NCBI GenBank assembly: GCA_947652325.1 | Contig: CANTCQ010000001.1 | Location: 134,725 to 198,724, forward strand | Reading direction: 5' to 3' | DNA: 64,000 nucleotides | Source: an uncultured Mycoplasmatota bacterium | GTDB lineage: Bacteria > Bacillota_I > Bacilli_A > RF39 > UBA660 | Shown: one piece after another, positions 45,682-55,249 of the stretch | Layout: each line of letters opens with the position of its first letter | How positions within the stretch are numbered: position 1 is the first letter of the stretch | Notes under the pieces: model-generated | Database searches by the model: none | Told to the model about the DNA's origin: nothing | What the model saw: the letters and a program-made list of their open reading frames with translations, nothing else | Translations under genes and position numbers: made by a program

Positions 45682-47748
45682 TTATAAACCTTCTTTCTTA
45701 GTTTTTGTTGTTTTTATAATTATGGTATCAAATATTTGAAAAAGAGCTGGAAGTAAGAATAAAACGACAATCATACTAATAATAGACCCTCGAGCCAGTA
45801 GTTTGCAAATAGCTCCAATCATGTCTATTTTTGAGTAGATGGCAACTCCAAAGGTAGCTGCAAAGAAACATAGAGCAGATGTAATAATAGATGGTGTCGT
45901 TTTTGTAAGCGTATTTTTTAATGCCTCTTTTTTGTCTTTTGTTTTACTTCTTTCTTCTAGGTATTTGGTTGACATTAAAATGGCATAGTCAATGGTTGCT
46001 CCTAGTTGGATAGTACCTACGACAATCGATGCGATAAAGGGAAGCGTTGTTCCTGTAAAGTACGCAATCGCCATATTGGATAGAATGGCAAATTCAATTG
46101 TACATATTAAGATAAAGGGTAAACTTATTGATTTTAAAACAAATAACATTAGGATAAATATAACTCCGATGGATGCATAGTTTACCATTTTAAAATCGTG
46201 GTCAGCAATGGTGGTTAAATCGTTCATTAGAGGTCCTTCTCCTGCAATGATAGCATTGTTATCATATTTTTTAACTAAGTTATTTACTATGCCAATTTGT
46301 TCATTTAATTCATTCGATGCAATTTCATAAGATGAGTTTAGAATAATGAGTTGGTATGAATTATTATCTAAAAGTTTTTTAATGCTTTCTGGTAACATAG
46401 AAGGGGGTAGTCCTAAGTCTAATATTTGAACTGGCGATAATACTAAATCGATTCCTTCTATTTCTTTTAGTTTTTCGATTAACTCTTGTCTTTCACTTGC
46501 TTTCATTTCTTTCTTTACTAGAATCATTTCGGGAGAAACAATATTAAAGTTTTTTGCTAGTTTTTTGTTGGCAATCGAACTTGGTAGAGTATCTGGTAGC
46601 GATTCATCTAATTTGTAATAAACTTTTGTGTGATTGTTTCCATATATAGCTGGTATTAATAAAAATAAGAAAACAATGATGCTAAGAGGATAGTATTTTC
46701 TAGCAAAGTTTTGAATACCTGTAAATTTTGGAAATCTATTTTTGTGTTTTACTTTTTCTACATTTTTTTCAAATACAAGTAAAAGAGCTGGGAATAGGGT
46801 GAGTACACAGACAAGTCCACAAAGAACTCCTTTTGCCATAACAATACCAATATCTGCACCTAGTGTTAAATCCATAAAACATAAAGCTAAAAATCCGGCA
46901 ATAGTTGTTAGGGAAGAACCCACAACCGATACAAAAGTTTCATGGATGGCTTTTTGCATTGCTTTTTTGGAATCTTTGTTTTCTTGTTTTTCATTTTCAT
47001 ACTTGTGGTATAAGAATATTGAAAAGTCCATTGTAACACCTAGTTGTAAAACAGCAGTAATCGCTTTTGTAATGTAGGATATTTCTCCTAAGAAAATATT
47101 AGAGCCTAAATTATAAAGTATAGCAACACCGATATTTCCGAGCAAAAATAAAGGTACGATATACGAGTCAGTTGCTAGTGTTAAAACAATGACGCAAAAT
47201 AGTATGGCGATAGCAATGTAAGCGTATATTTCGCGTTCCGAAAGTTCCATGGTATCTAACACCATAGCTGTCATACCACTCACACTACTTGCCTCTTTAA
47301 CGGTACTACGAAGATTTTTTATGGCATCCATTGTACTTTGTTCTGATGTTCTACCTTGGAATGTTACTAAAATGGCTGTTTTATTTTCTATGTATACTTT
47401 TTCTAAAATGCTACTTGGGAGTATTTCAAGTGGAAAAACAGTATCTGTTACATCGGCAATACTGGCCACCATATTGACATTTGGAATTTCTTTTATTTGT
47501 CTTTCTAAATTAAGTATGTCTTTGTTTGCCATATTTTCAATCGTTACAAAAGAGAATGCGCCAATGCCAAAATCATTTGTTAGAATATCTTGTCCTTTAA
47601 TAGTTTCAATATCTTTAGGTAAATATACTAAGATGTCGTAATTAATTTTGGTTTTGTAATAACCAATTATAGATGGTATTAGTAAAAAAAATGCTATTAC
47701 TAAAACCCAGATGCTATGTTGTGTTATCCAATTTGTAATTTTTTTCAT
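45682..47748 (-). CDS. MMPL/RND-superfamily membrane transporter
   Basis: 688 aa with two blocks of ~6 TM helices, each preceded by a soluble loop. N-terminus typical of YdfJ/MmpL-like proteins. Confidence 0.8.
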   Translation of the reverse strand: MKKITNWITQHSIWVLVIAFFLLIPSIIGYYKTKINYDILVYLPKDIETIKGQDILTNDFGIGAFSFVTIENMANKDILNLERQIKEIPNVNMVASIADVTDTVFPLEILPSSILEKVYIENKTAILVTFQGRTSEQSTMDAIKNLRSTVKEASSVSGMTAMVLDTMELSEREIYAYIAIAILFCVIVLTLATDSYIVPLFLLGNIGVAILYNLGSNIFLGEISYITKAITAVLQLGVTMDFSIFLYHKYENEKQENKDSKKAMQKAIHETFVSVVGSSLTTIAGFLALCFMDLTLGADIGIVMAKGVLCGLVCVLTLFPALLLVFEKNVEKVKHKNRFPKFTGIQNFARKYYPLSIIVFLFLLIPAIYGNNHTKVYYKLDESLPDTLPSSIANKKLAKNFNIVSPEMILVKKEMKASERQELIEKLKEIEGIDLVLSPVQILDLGLPPSMLPESIKKLLDNNSYQLIILNSSYEIASNELNEQIGIVNNLVKKYDNNAIIAGEGPLMNDLTTIADHDFKMVNYASIGVIFILMLFVLKSISLPFILICTIEFAILSNMAIAYFTGTTLPFIASIVVGTIQLGATIDYAILMSTKYLEERSKTKDKKEALKNTLTKTTPSIITSALCFFAATFGVAIYSKIDMIGAICKLLARGSIISMIVVLFLLPALFQIFDTIIIKTTKTKKEGL

Positions 47749-47909
47749 AAATCCTCCATTTCGCTATGTATTTTATGATACTGTTTTGTAAACATGAACA
47801 ACATAAACGTATACATGTTGGATAATAGACAAATATTCAAATAGTGTATCGTTAAATAAAAGAATTTTGTCGTATATATGGACAGTTGCTTAAAAAATAG
47901 TATAATGAA

Positions 47910-48488
47910 ATGGGTGATTTTATGCGAGAAGTAAAAAAAGATTTGCGAATTATACGAACGAAAAAATTTTTATATGAAGCTTTAATTGGACTTTTAAAAG
48001 AGAAACCTTTTGAAGAAATTAAAGTATCTGATATTTGTGAAAAAGCATTGATTAATCGCTCTACTTTTTATGCTCATTATAGTGATAAATATGAATTATT
48101 AGACAGTTTTATAAAAGATGTTAAGCTTTCTTTAAAAGAGGAGTTAAAGAAAAATACAAATATTACCAATACAAAAGAGTATTATTTGGAAATGCTTCGT
48201 ATCTTTTTTTTACATGTGAACGAAAGGAAATTGTTTTATTCCGCCATTCTTGTAAATAATCAAAATAGTATTGTAACAGATATGATTTTTAGTGCGTTAA
48301 ATGAAGATATAAAAAAAAGAATAGAAGAAAATAATCAATTAAAATCAAAAATTCCTAGTGATATTGTAACTTCCTTTTATTTAGGAGCTGTCTTTAATAT
48401 AGGGATTGATTGGTTAAAAAATCCAAGTAAATATACAACAGAGGAATTAATTTCTTATTTGGAGGAATTGTTACCAGAAGTTTTGTAA
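47910..48488 (+). CDS. TetR/AcrR-family transcriptional regulator
   Basis: 'FEEIKVSDICEKALINRSTFYAHYSDKYELL' HTH. Divergent from the MMPL operon. Confidence 0.9.
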   Translation: MGDFMREVKKDLRIIRTKKFLYEALIGLLKEKPFEEIKVSDICEKALINRSTFYAHYSDKYELLDSFIKDVKLSLKEELKKNTNITNTKEYYLEMLRIFFLHVNERKLFYSAILVNNQNSIVTDMIFSALNEDIKKRIEENNQLKSKIPSDIVTSFYLGAVFNIGIDWLKNPSKYTTEELISYLEELLPEVL

Positions 48489-48517
48489 AAAAAAATCGAC
48501 TTTAGCGATTTTTTTTA
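48487..48517. terminator. bidirectional terminator between the TetR and VanY-like genes
   Basis: A-run + ATCG / CGAT + T-run palindrome around the loop ACTTTAG. Confidence 0.55.
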
Positions 48518-49102
48518 TTATTTTATATATAATTCATAGTATTCATCATAAGATAAGTTTTTGTTTGTAACATCTTTGGCAATCTTTTGTCCTACATAAC
48601 GTAAATGCCAGGGTTCTGCTATATAACCAGTTATCGCTTGCTTCTCTTTGGTATAACGAATGATAAATCCATATTTATTGGCATTTTCTGCTAACCATTT
48701 GGCATCTTTTTCTAAAATATTTTCATGTCCTTCTGTCCAAACGTCAACAGCAAGTCCTGTTTGATGCTCTGAATGTCCAGGTCTTGCTGAATATGTATCT
48801 GCTTTATCTTGTCCATCTTTTTTTACATAGGCATTGTAAACTTTTGTTTGGTATTTGAAGGAACGGTAGGCGCTGTAAGGTCTTATAAAAACATGGTCTT
48901 TTTTTGCAATATTTACCAATTTTTCAAAGGCAATGGCTGCTTTTTCTCTTAATTGGTATTTTTTGTTAAAAGATAAACTTTGTAAGTCATTTGGTGCATA
49001 TTTTCCTAAAGAACGATATTTGTTTACTAAAACGGTGTAAGTATCTGGATTTTTTATGGTTTCTATATTTGTATAAAAGTTTTTTTTTCTTTTCTTGTCC
49101 AT
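48518..49102 (-). CDS. M15B (VanY-type) D-Ala-D-Ala carboxypeptidase
   Basis: 'SAYRS', 'SEHQTGLAVD', 'EPWHLRYVG' zinc-binding motifs. Confidence 0.85.
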   Translation of the reverse strand: MDKKRKKNFYTNIETIKNPDTYTVLVNKYRSLGKYAPNDLQSLSFNKKYQLREKAAIAFEKLVNIAKKDHVFIRPYSAYRSFKYQTKVYNAYVKKDGQDKADTYSARPGHSEHQTGLAVDVWTEGHENILEKDAKWLAENANKYGFIIRYTKEKQAITGYIAEPWHLRYVGQKIAKDVTNKNLSYDEYYELYIK

Positions 49103-49215
49103 TTTTTATTTCTCCCTTTGGTAAAGTTTATTTTTATTTTAGAAAAAGTATGAGAGTAAGAATAGATTCATAATTTAAGCCAGTACTCATACTTTTTTAA
49201 TAGAGGTGATGAAAA

Positions 49216-50358
49216 TTGAAAAAACTTGTAGTATTTCTATTTCTGTTTCTTTTTGGAACAATTGGTGTGAAGGCTGAGGATTTAACTCCAAACTCTGAAA
49301 GTGCAATTCTGCTTGAGGTTTCAACAGGTAAAGTAATTTATGAGAAAAATGCAAATCAAAAACTTGCACCAGCATCCATGACAAAAGTAATGAGTATGCT
49401 TCTTATTATGGAAGCGGTGGATAGTGGAAAGTTAAGTTTCGAAGATGAGGTAGTGATTAGTGATAATGCATCCAGTATGGGTGGTAGTCAAATATTTTTG
49501 CAAACGGGTGAAAAATATAAAGTACAAGAACTATTAAAGGGGATTGCTATTGCTTCTGGTAATGATGCAGTGGTTGCAATGGCGGAAAAGGTGAGTGGTA
49601 GTGTTTCTTCGTTTGTTGATGCTATGAATGAAAAAGCAACTTCTTTAGGACTTACGAATACTCATTTTGACAATCCCCATGGACTTGAGAGTGAAAATCA
49701 TTATACAACAGCAAGAGATATGTCTGTTATGGCGCTTGAACTTTTAAAGCATGAGAAAATATTAGAGTTTACAAGTATTTATGAAGATTATTTAAAAAAA
49801 CCAGATGGTTCTAGTGTGTGGCTTGTAAATACAAATCGATTGGTAAGATTTTATGAAGGGGTTGATGGATTAAAAACAGGATTTACGAACCAAGCTGGAT
49901 ATTGTATTACTACCACGGCAAGACGTGGAGATATGCGACTTTTATCGGTTGTTATGAAAGCGGAAACGAGTGATTTACGTAGTAAAGATACTGTTTCTAT
50001 GTTAAATTATGGATTTAATACTTATAAATTGGATGTTTTATTAAAAAAAGAAGAAAAGATTGGAGAAGTGACCATTGAAAAAGGAAAAAAAGAAAAAGTA
50101 GATGTTTATTTAGAACAAGATGTAACGATTTTATCAAAAGTGAGTGATAACAAAGAAGTATTTGATTATAATTTAGTTGTGGAAAATATAATGGCTCCTT
50201 TAAAAAATAATTCAAAAGTTGGCTATTTAGAAGTAATGGATAAAGAAGGAAATATTGTAAAGGAAGTAGATGTTGTGGTGACAGAAGATATAGAATCGGC
50301 AAATGTATTTGGATTATTTGGAAGAGTTTTAAAAATATTTACAGGTGGTATTTTTTAG
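49216..50358 (+). CDS. serine-type D-Ala-D-Ala carboxypeptidase (PBP5/DacF-like, S11)
   Basis: TTG start, signal peptide, 'ASMTK' (SxxK), 'SGND', 'KTGFT', and a C-terminal beta-sandwich domain. Confidence 0.9.
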   Translation: MKKLVVFLFLFLFGTIGVKAEDLTPNSESAILLEVSTGKVIYEKNANQKLAPASMTKVMSMLLIMEAVDSGKLSFEDEVVISDNASSMGGSQIFLQTGEKYKVQELLKGIAIASGNDAVVAMAEKVSGSVSSFVDAMNEKATSLGLTNTHFDNPHGLESENHYTTARDMSVMALELLKHEKILEFTSIYEDYLKKPDGSSVWLVNTNRLVRFYEGVDGLKTGFTNQAGYCITTTARRGDMRLLSVVMKAETSDLRSKDTVSMLNYGFNTYKLDVLLKKEEKIGEVTIEKGKKEKVDVYLEQDVTILSKVSDNKEVFDYNLVVENIMAPLKNNSKVGYLEVMDKEGNIVKEVDVVVTEDIESANVFGLFGRVLKIFTGGIF

Positions 50359-50453
50359 AACGTATAAAACATGTAAATATAATTGTTAAGTATTGTTAAG
50401 CAGAATGATAGCGTTTATAATGATATAGAATATATATAGTAAGGTGAAGCATC

Positions 50454-51932
50454 ATGGACATAGAAAATAAATTACATAAAAAAAAGAAATCTCGAAAAGC
50501 TTTTTTTCGAAATATAGTACTTTTGTTATTCATTATCAGTTTTTTATCTTTAGGAATTCTTTATTTTTTTAATATGATTCCTCTTCTTTATTTTTTTGGA
50601 ATTCTTCTTTTTCTTTTCAGTTTTGATTTTTTCATGGGATATTTGTTACTTGGTAAAGGATGGAAAAAACGATTTTTTGGGACCATATTAACTGTTTTAA
50701 TGATAATTCTTTTGTTAATTTTAGATATTTTTTCTCTTAAAACAATGGATTTTTTAGGAAAAATTAATACTGATGGAAATTACAATACAGAAAATTACAG
50801 TGTCATTGTATTAAAAAGTAGTTCTTATGATAAATTAAAAGAATTAAAAAATAAAGAATTGGGTATTGTAAATCTAGGAGAAGATAAAGGATTAATTGAA
50901 GCTAAAAAGGTGTTGGATAAAAAAATTGAAGTGTCTTATAAAATGGAAGAAGATTTAACTGTTTTGTATAATCGTTTACAAAAAGGGGAAATTGCAGGTC
51001 TTTTAATAGAAGAAGCAGAAAAAGGAATTTTAGAAGAAGAACATCCAGAATTTTTAGAACAAGCAAAAATATTGTATCGTTTTTCTATTGATATTCCTCT
51101 TGAAGATAATCTTGCTAAAAATGTAGATATTACCAACAGTCCTTTTACTATTTTTATTTCAGGTATTGATAGTTATGGGAAAATTACAAGTGTTTCTAGA
51201 AGTGATGTAAATATGGTAATTTCTATCAATCCGAGTACCCATAAAGTTTTAGTGACTAGTATTCCAAGAGATTATTATATAAAACTTCATGGAATTTCAA
51301 CGCCATATAAGGATAAATTGACGCATGCAGGAACCCATGGTATTGATATGTCTGTTAAAACAGTAGAAGATTTATTAGCTATTGATATTAATTATTACGC
51401 TAAAGTAAATTTTACATCTTTAGTGAATTTAGTGGATGAATTAGGTGGCATTGATGTAGAGTTAGATAAACCATTTCGAGCTTATTACAATGAGGATGGA
51501 AAAATTACGAATTATTCTTTTAAAAAAGGAACAAATCACTTGAATGGTAAACAAGCACTTGCTTTTTCAAGAGAACGGAAAAGTTTACCTTTGGGAGATG
51601 TAACTCGTGTTAAACACCAACAAATGGTTATAGAGGGAATTTTTAATAAAATTCTGTCTAAAAGTATTATTACAAAATATACAGATATTCTAAATGCGTT
51701 AGAAGGAAAATTTGTAACAAATTTTGGTACCCAAAATATAAGTAAATTGGTAAAAAAACAAATAAAAGATAATCCTTCTTGGACTTTGTCTACTTATACT
51801 TTAACAGGTGTAGATGCACACGAATATACTTATTCTTATAAATCCACAAAATCTTATGTGATGAAACCGAATGAAGAATCCATTGAAGAGTCAAAGCGTT
51901 TGATTCAATCTGTTTTGGAAAAAGAAGAGTAA
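50454..51932 (+). CDS. LytR-CpsA-Psr (LCP) family phosphotransferase
   Basis: N-terminal TM helices. 'RSDVNMVISINPSTHKVLVTSIPRDYY', 'LNGKQALAFSRER'. Confidence 0.85.
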   Translation: MDIENKLHKKKKSRKAFFRNIVLLLFIISFLSLGILYFFNMIPLLYFFGILLFLFSFDFFMGYLLLGKGWKKRFFGTILTVLMIILLLILDIFSLKTMDFLGKINTDGNYNTENYSVIVLKSSSYDKLKELKNKELGIVNLGEDKGLIEAKKVLDKKIEVSYKMEEDLTVLYNRLQKGEIAGLLIEEAEKGILEEEHPEFLEQAKILYRFSIDIPLEDNLAKNVDITNSPFTIFISGIDSYGKITSVSRSDVNMVISINPSTHKVLVTSIPRDYYIKLHGISTPYKDKLTHAGTHGIDMSVKTVEDLLAIDINYYAKVNFTSLVNLVDELGGIDVELDKPFRAYYNEDGKITNYSFKKGTNHLNGKQALAFSRERKSLPLGDVTRVKHQQMVIEGIFNKILSKSIITKYTDILNALEGKFVTNFGTQNISKLVKKQIKDNPSWTLSTYTLTGVDAHEYTYSYKSTKSYVMKPNEESIEESKRLIQSVLEKEE

Positions 51933-52000
51933 CTTTTAAATCAAAAAATTTTGTAAAATATGTTTTTGTGGTATTCTTTATTTAGGAAGGTGATAGTATT

Positions 52001-53080
52001 ATGATAAAACCAAAACCTTTACAAAAAGGAGATAAAGTGGCTATTGTTAGTTTATCAAGAGGTTTACTAGGAATGCCTTTTTGTAAACATGAACTTGATT
52101 TGGGAATCAAAAGATTAAAAGAATGGGGGCTTGTTCCAGTGATTATGCCAAATGCTTTAAAAGATATAAAGTATTTGGAAGAACATCCAGAAGCTCGAGC
52201 AAGTGATTTGAAAGAAGCTTTTTTAGATGATAGTATAAAAGGAATTATTAATGCAATTGGAGGAGAGGATACCTATAAATTAATTCCTTATTTAATGGAA
52301 GATGAAGAATTTAAACAATCTGTTTTCAAACACCCTAAAATATTTACTGGCTTTTCAGATACTACGAATAATCATTTATTATTGAATCGTTTAGGCCTTG
52401 TTACATTTTATGGACCTTGTTTTTTAGTTGATTTGGCAGAATTAGATAAAGAAATGCTCCCTTATACAAAAGAATATTTTAAAAAGTTTTTTTTAAAAGA
52501 AAATTATTTTGAAATTAAAGCTAGTCCTATATGGTACATGGAAAGAGAAAGCTATGGAGAAGAAAATATGGGTATACCTAGAATAGAAAGAAGAGAAGAA
52601 CATGGTTTTGAAGTAATTAAAGGAAGTGGAGTGAGGAAAGGGGTATTATACGGCGGATGCATTGAGAGTTTATACAATGCTCTTGTTGGAAATCGTTTTG
52701 TTGATGCTCCTAGTTTATATGAAAAGTATGGAATTCTTCCTACCAAAGAAGAATGGAAAGAAAAAATCTTGTTTTTGGAGACTTCTGAAGCATGCATTTC
52801 GCCAGAAATTTTAGAAAAGATGTTGCTGGCATTTAAAAAAAGAGAAATATTTTCTTGTGTAAAAGGTGTAATTGTCGGGAAACCGCAAGATGAAAAATAT
52901 TACGAAGAGTATAAAGATATTTATAAAAAGGTGTTTAAAGATTTAGATACACCTCTTTTGTATAATGTGAATTTTGGACATTCTTTTCCAAGATGTATTC
53001 TTCCTTATGGAGTAGTGACAAGTGTAGATTTTGATAATCGGACAATAAAAGTTGAAGAACCTATTTTTGATTTATCTTGA
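52001..53080 (+). CDS. S66-family LD-carboxypeptidase (LdcA/MccF-like)
   Basis: 'LQKGDKVAIVSLS' and 'FTGFSDTTN' (nucleophile Ser). Size and layout fit peptidase S66. Confidence 0.8.
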   Translation: MIKPKPLQKGDKVAIVSLSRGLLGMPFCKHELDLGIKRLKEWGLVPVIMPNALKDIKYLEEHPEARASDLKEAFLDDSIKGIINAIGGEDTYKLIPYLMEDEEFKQSVFKHPKIFTGFSDTTNNHLLLNRLGLVTFYGPCFLVDLAELDKEMLPYTKEYFKKFFLKENYFEIKASPIWYMERESYGEENMGIPRIERREEHGFEVIKGSGVRKGVLYGGCIESLYNALVGNRFVDAPSLYEKYGILPTKEEWKEKILFLETSEACISPEILEKMLLAFKKREIFSCVKGVIVGKPQDEKYYEEYKDIYKKVFKDLDTPLLYNVNFGHSFPRCILPYGVVTSVDFDNRTIKVEEPIFDLS

Positions 53081-53148
53081 TAGGTCTTTTTTTGAGAAAT
53101 AAAGAATAGAATATATTGTCATACTTTGTATAATTTGGTATACTTTTT

Positions 53149-54171
53149 ATGGAAAGAGGAGTTTATATGGGAAATAAAGAAGAATTTGAAAAAAATATTA
53201 AAACTGGCAAATTGTTATTATTTTTTGGTATATTTGTTATTATTTCTGCTTTAGTTGGCGTTTTAACTGTTTATTTTTCTAAAAAGAAAATAATGGATAG
53301 TCCGGTTGCACTAGTAGATGCAAAAGTTGGCGATTATGCTTCGGTAGATGTTAAAATTATGGATAATTATTTTGCTACAAATGATTACACAGGTGTTGAG
53401 CATAAAACTTACTTTGTGTCTGACGGAGAATATATCTATATTGTAGATCTTAATGATAAAACTCGTAGTGAACTAAATGCAATTTATGATTATTCTTTTA
53501 GTGAAGATGAAAATAAAGAAGAACCAGAAATGGTGAAAATATATGGTATGGCAAAATCTATTCCTTCGGATTTAAAGAAAATTGCGATTGATGCGTACAA
53601 TGAGATTATGGGAGAAAAAAAATTAAATAGTACCAATTTTAAAGATTATCTTGGGACAGTTTATTTAGATACTTTTGAAACGCCACTAAATACCATGTGG
53701 GCAGAAGCATCTGTTAGCATTATCTTTTTTGTGATTGGTGGAATCTTATTGTTTGCTTTTTACCGTGTTAGAAGTACTACGAAAAAAAGTATTAATCGGT
53801 TTGGAGACAAATGGGATACTGTATTACAGGAAATTGATTCATCTGACTGTTTTTATTATAAAAAAGCTAAACTTTATTTAACGAAAAGTTATTTAATTAG
53901 TTATCAAAGTGGATTAGAAATATTTGATTATAAAGATATTGTTTGGATTTATCCTCATGAATATCGTTACAACGGAAGTGTAAGTCAAAAAAGTATTTTT
54001 GTTGTCATGAAAAATGGAAAAGCGCGTAAACTTGCTACAGTAAGTGCAAGTAAGAAAAATTTGGTATTATTTGATGAAATGTACAACACCTTCTTAAATA
54101 GGATGCCAGATGTATTGAGTGGATATACCAAAGAAAATAAAGATAAAGCAAAAGAATTATACCAAAAATAG
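53149..54171 (+). CDS. hypothetical membrane protein (340 aa)
   Basis: Two predicted TM segments ('LLLFFGIFVIISALVGVLTVYF', 'VSIIFFVIGGILLFAFY'). AGAGGAG before ATG 53167 suggests that start instead. Confidence 0.55.
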   Translation: MERGVYMGNKEEFEKNIKTGKLLLFFGIFVIISALVGVLTVYFSKKKIMDSPVALVDAKVGDYASVDVKIMDNYFATNDYTGVEHKTYFVSDGEYIYIVDLNDKTRSELNAIYDYSFSEDENKEEPEMVKIYGMAKSIPSDLKKIAIDAYNEIMGEKKLNSTNFKDYLGTVYLDTFETPLNTMWAEASVSIIFFVIGGILLFAFYRVRSTTKKSINRFGDKWDTVLQEIDSSDCFYYKKAKLYLTKSYLISYQSGLEIFDYKDIVWIYPHEYRYNGSVSQKSIFVVMKNGKARKLATVSASKKNLVLFDEMYNTFLNRMPDVLSGYTKENKDKAKELYQK

Positions 54172-54197
54172 AAGTTCAATTTTTGAACTTTTTTTAT
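54172..54197 (+). terminator. intrinsic terminator
   Basis: Stem AAGTTCAA/TTGAACTT followed by TTTTTT. Confidence 0.7.
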
Positions 54198-54249
54198 TGC
54201 ATAAATCCTAATTTATGGTAAACTAGTTGAAGTCAAAAGGGAGGGAAAG

Positions 54250-54792
54250 ATGAAAAAATTCTTTATTTCTAATGGGGTATATGAAAATAAAAACGAAAGT
54301 ATTGATATAACTTATATTAGCAAATCTTTTATGAATGGAGAATATTATAGAAATTTGGATGACACATTAAAAAAATGTTTTGAAAGAATGGATAGTTTTA
54401 CAGATATGATGCGAAATGTTTGGTTGGTGCGAAAAGTTTTTGAAAATACAGAAGAGTATAAATTATGTATAAAAATAAAAAATGAAGAAATGGTTTCGAC
54501 ACTTGTATATGAGAGACAAAGGCTTACTTATTACTATTGTGAATATTTTCAAGAAGAATGTAACTTTAAATTTTTAGCAAATAGATTTTTAAAATTTCCA
54601 TTTTCCTTTTCTTTTTATTCTAAAGGGTATATTTTGCAAGATGTAGTACAAAATTATTTTCATTTTTTATGGAGAGAAATTAAAAATTTTTATTTGTTCA
54701 GTCATTATTCTTCTAAGTCTATTCCTTTTTCTGCAGAAGAATTAATAGAAAAGTCTCCAAATTTTAATATACGTAAAAGAAAAAAGAAATAA
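54250..54792 (+). CDS. hypothetical protein (180 aa)
   Basis: GGGAGGGAAAG RBS. No recognisable motif. Confidence 0.55.
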   Translation: MKKFFISNGVYENKNESIDITYISKSFMNGEYYRNLDDTLKKCFERMDSFTDMMRNVWLVRKVFENTEEYKLCIKIKNEEMVSTLVYERQRLTYYYCEYFQEECNFKFLANRFLKFPFSFSFYSKGYILQDVVQNYFHFLWREIKNFYLFSHYSSKSIPFSAEELIEKSPNFNIRKRKKK

Positions 54793-54813
54793 ACGCAGAT
54801 TGCGTTTTTTTTT
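54792..54813 (+). terminator. intrinsic terminator
   Basis: Stem AACGCA/TGCGTT with loop GAT, followed by a run of nine T. Confidence 0.7.
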
Positions 54814-54844
54814 AATGGTTATTCCTAGAAGTTTTGACAACATT

Positions 54845-54851
54845 TGTCGAA
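54845..54851 (+). promoter_or_regulatory. candidate Spo0A box
   Basis: TGTCGAA (0A-box consensus TGNCGAA) ~50 nt upstream of the spoIIAA-like gene. A 7-mer like this occurs by chance several times in a window this size. Confidence 0.25.
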
Positions 54852-54896
54852 TCTGTTTAAAAATGGTTTTGTTTCCTCTATATTGAAGTAGCAAGG

Positions 54897-55238
54897 GTGA
54901 TAAAAATGTTTCATGTTGATTTGGAATACAACAAAGGAATTTTATTTGCAAGACTTAGAGGAAACTTAACAAGAAAAAGTTCTTATAAATTAAATAATTA
55001 TTTGGTTCCTGTTATTTTGAAACATAAGATTAAGTTTTTAGTTTACAATCTATTTGAACTTACAGGAATTGATGAAAGTGGTTGTGATGCATTAATGAAT
55101 ACAAAATGCGCTATTCGTACTAACAAAGGAAAAATATATTTATGTGAAGTACCAAAGGAATTTAATCAAAGAATAAAAAAACTTCGAATTAAAGAAACAG
55201 CGAGTGAGTTGTCCGCTTTAGATTTATTAGAAGTCTAA
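54897..55238 (+). CDS. STAS-domain anti-sigma-factor antagonist (SpoIIAA-like)
   Basis: 'LFARLRGNLT', 'VYNLFELTGIDESGCDALMN', 'IYLCEVPKEFNQRIKKL'. Lies directly before a sigma-factor gene. Confidence 0.75.
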   Translation: MIKMFHVDLEYNKGILFARLRGNLTRKSSYKLNNYLVPVILKHKIKFLVYNLFELTGIDESGCDALMNTKCAIRTNKGKIYLCEVPKEFNQRIKKLRIKETASELSALDLLEV

Positions 55239-55249
55239 GGAGATAGAAA

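Noticed and set aside
45992-47641. Plus-strand ORFs 45992-46180, 46742-47077 and 47249-47641
   Set aside because: They are antisense to the continuous 688-aa MMPL transporter ORF. These are typical shadow ORFs of a hydrophobic-protein gene in AT-rich DNA.
53078-53080. Possibility of genetic code 4 (TGA = Trp), given the very AT-rich, Mollicutes-like composition
   Set aside because: TGA ends well-defined genes (the S66 peptidase at 53078-53080 and sipW-2 at 31791-31793). Trp in conserved motifs is encoded by TGG.
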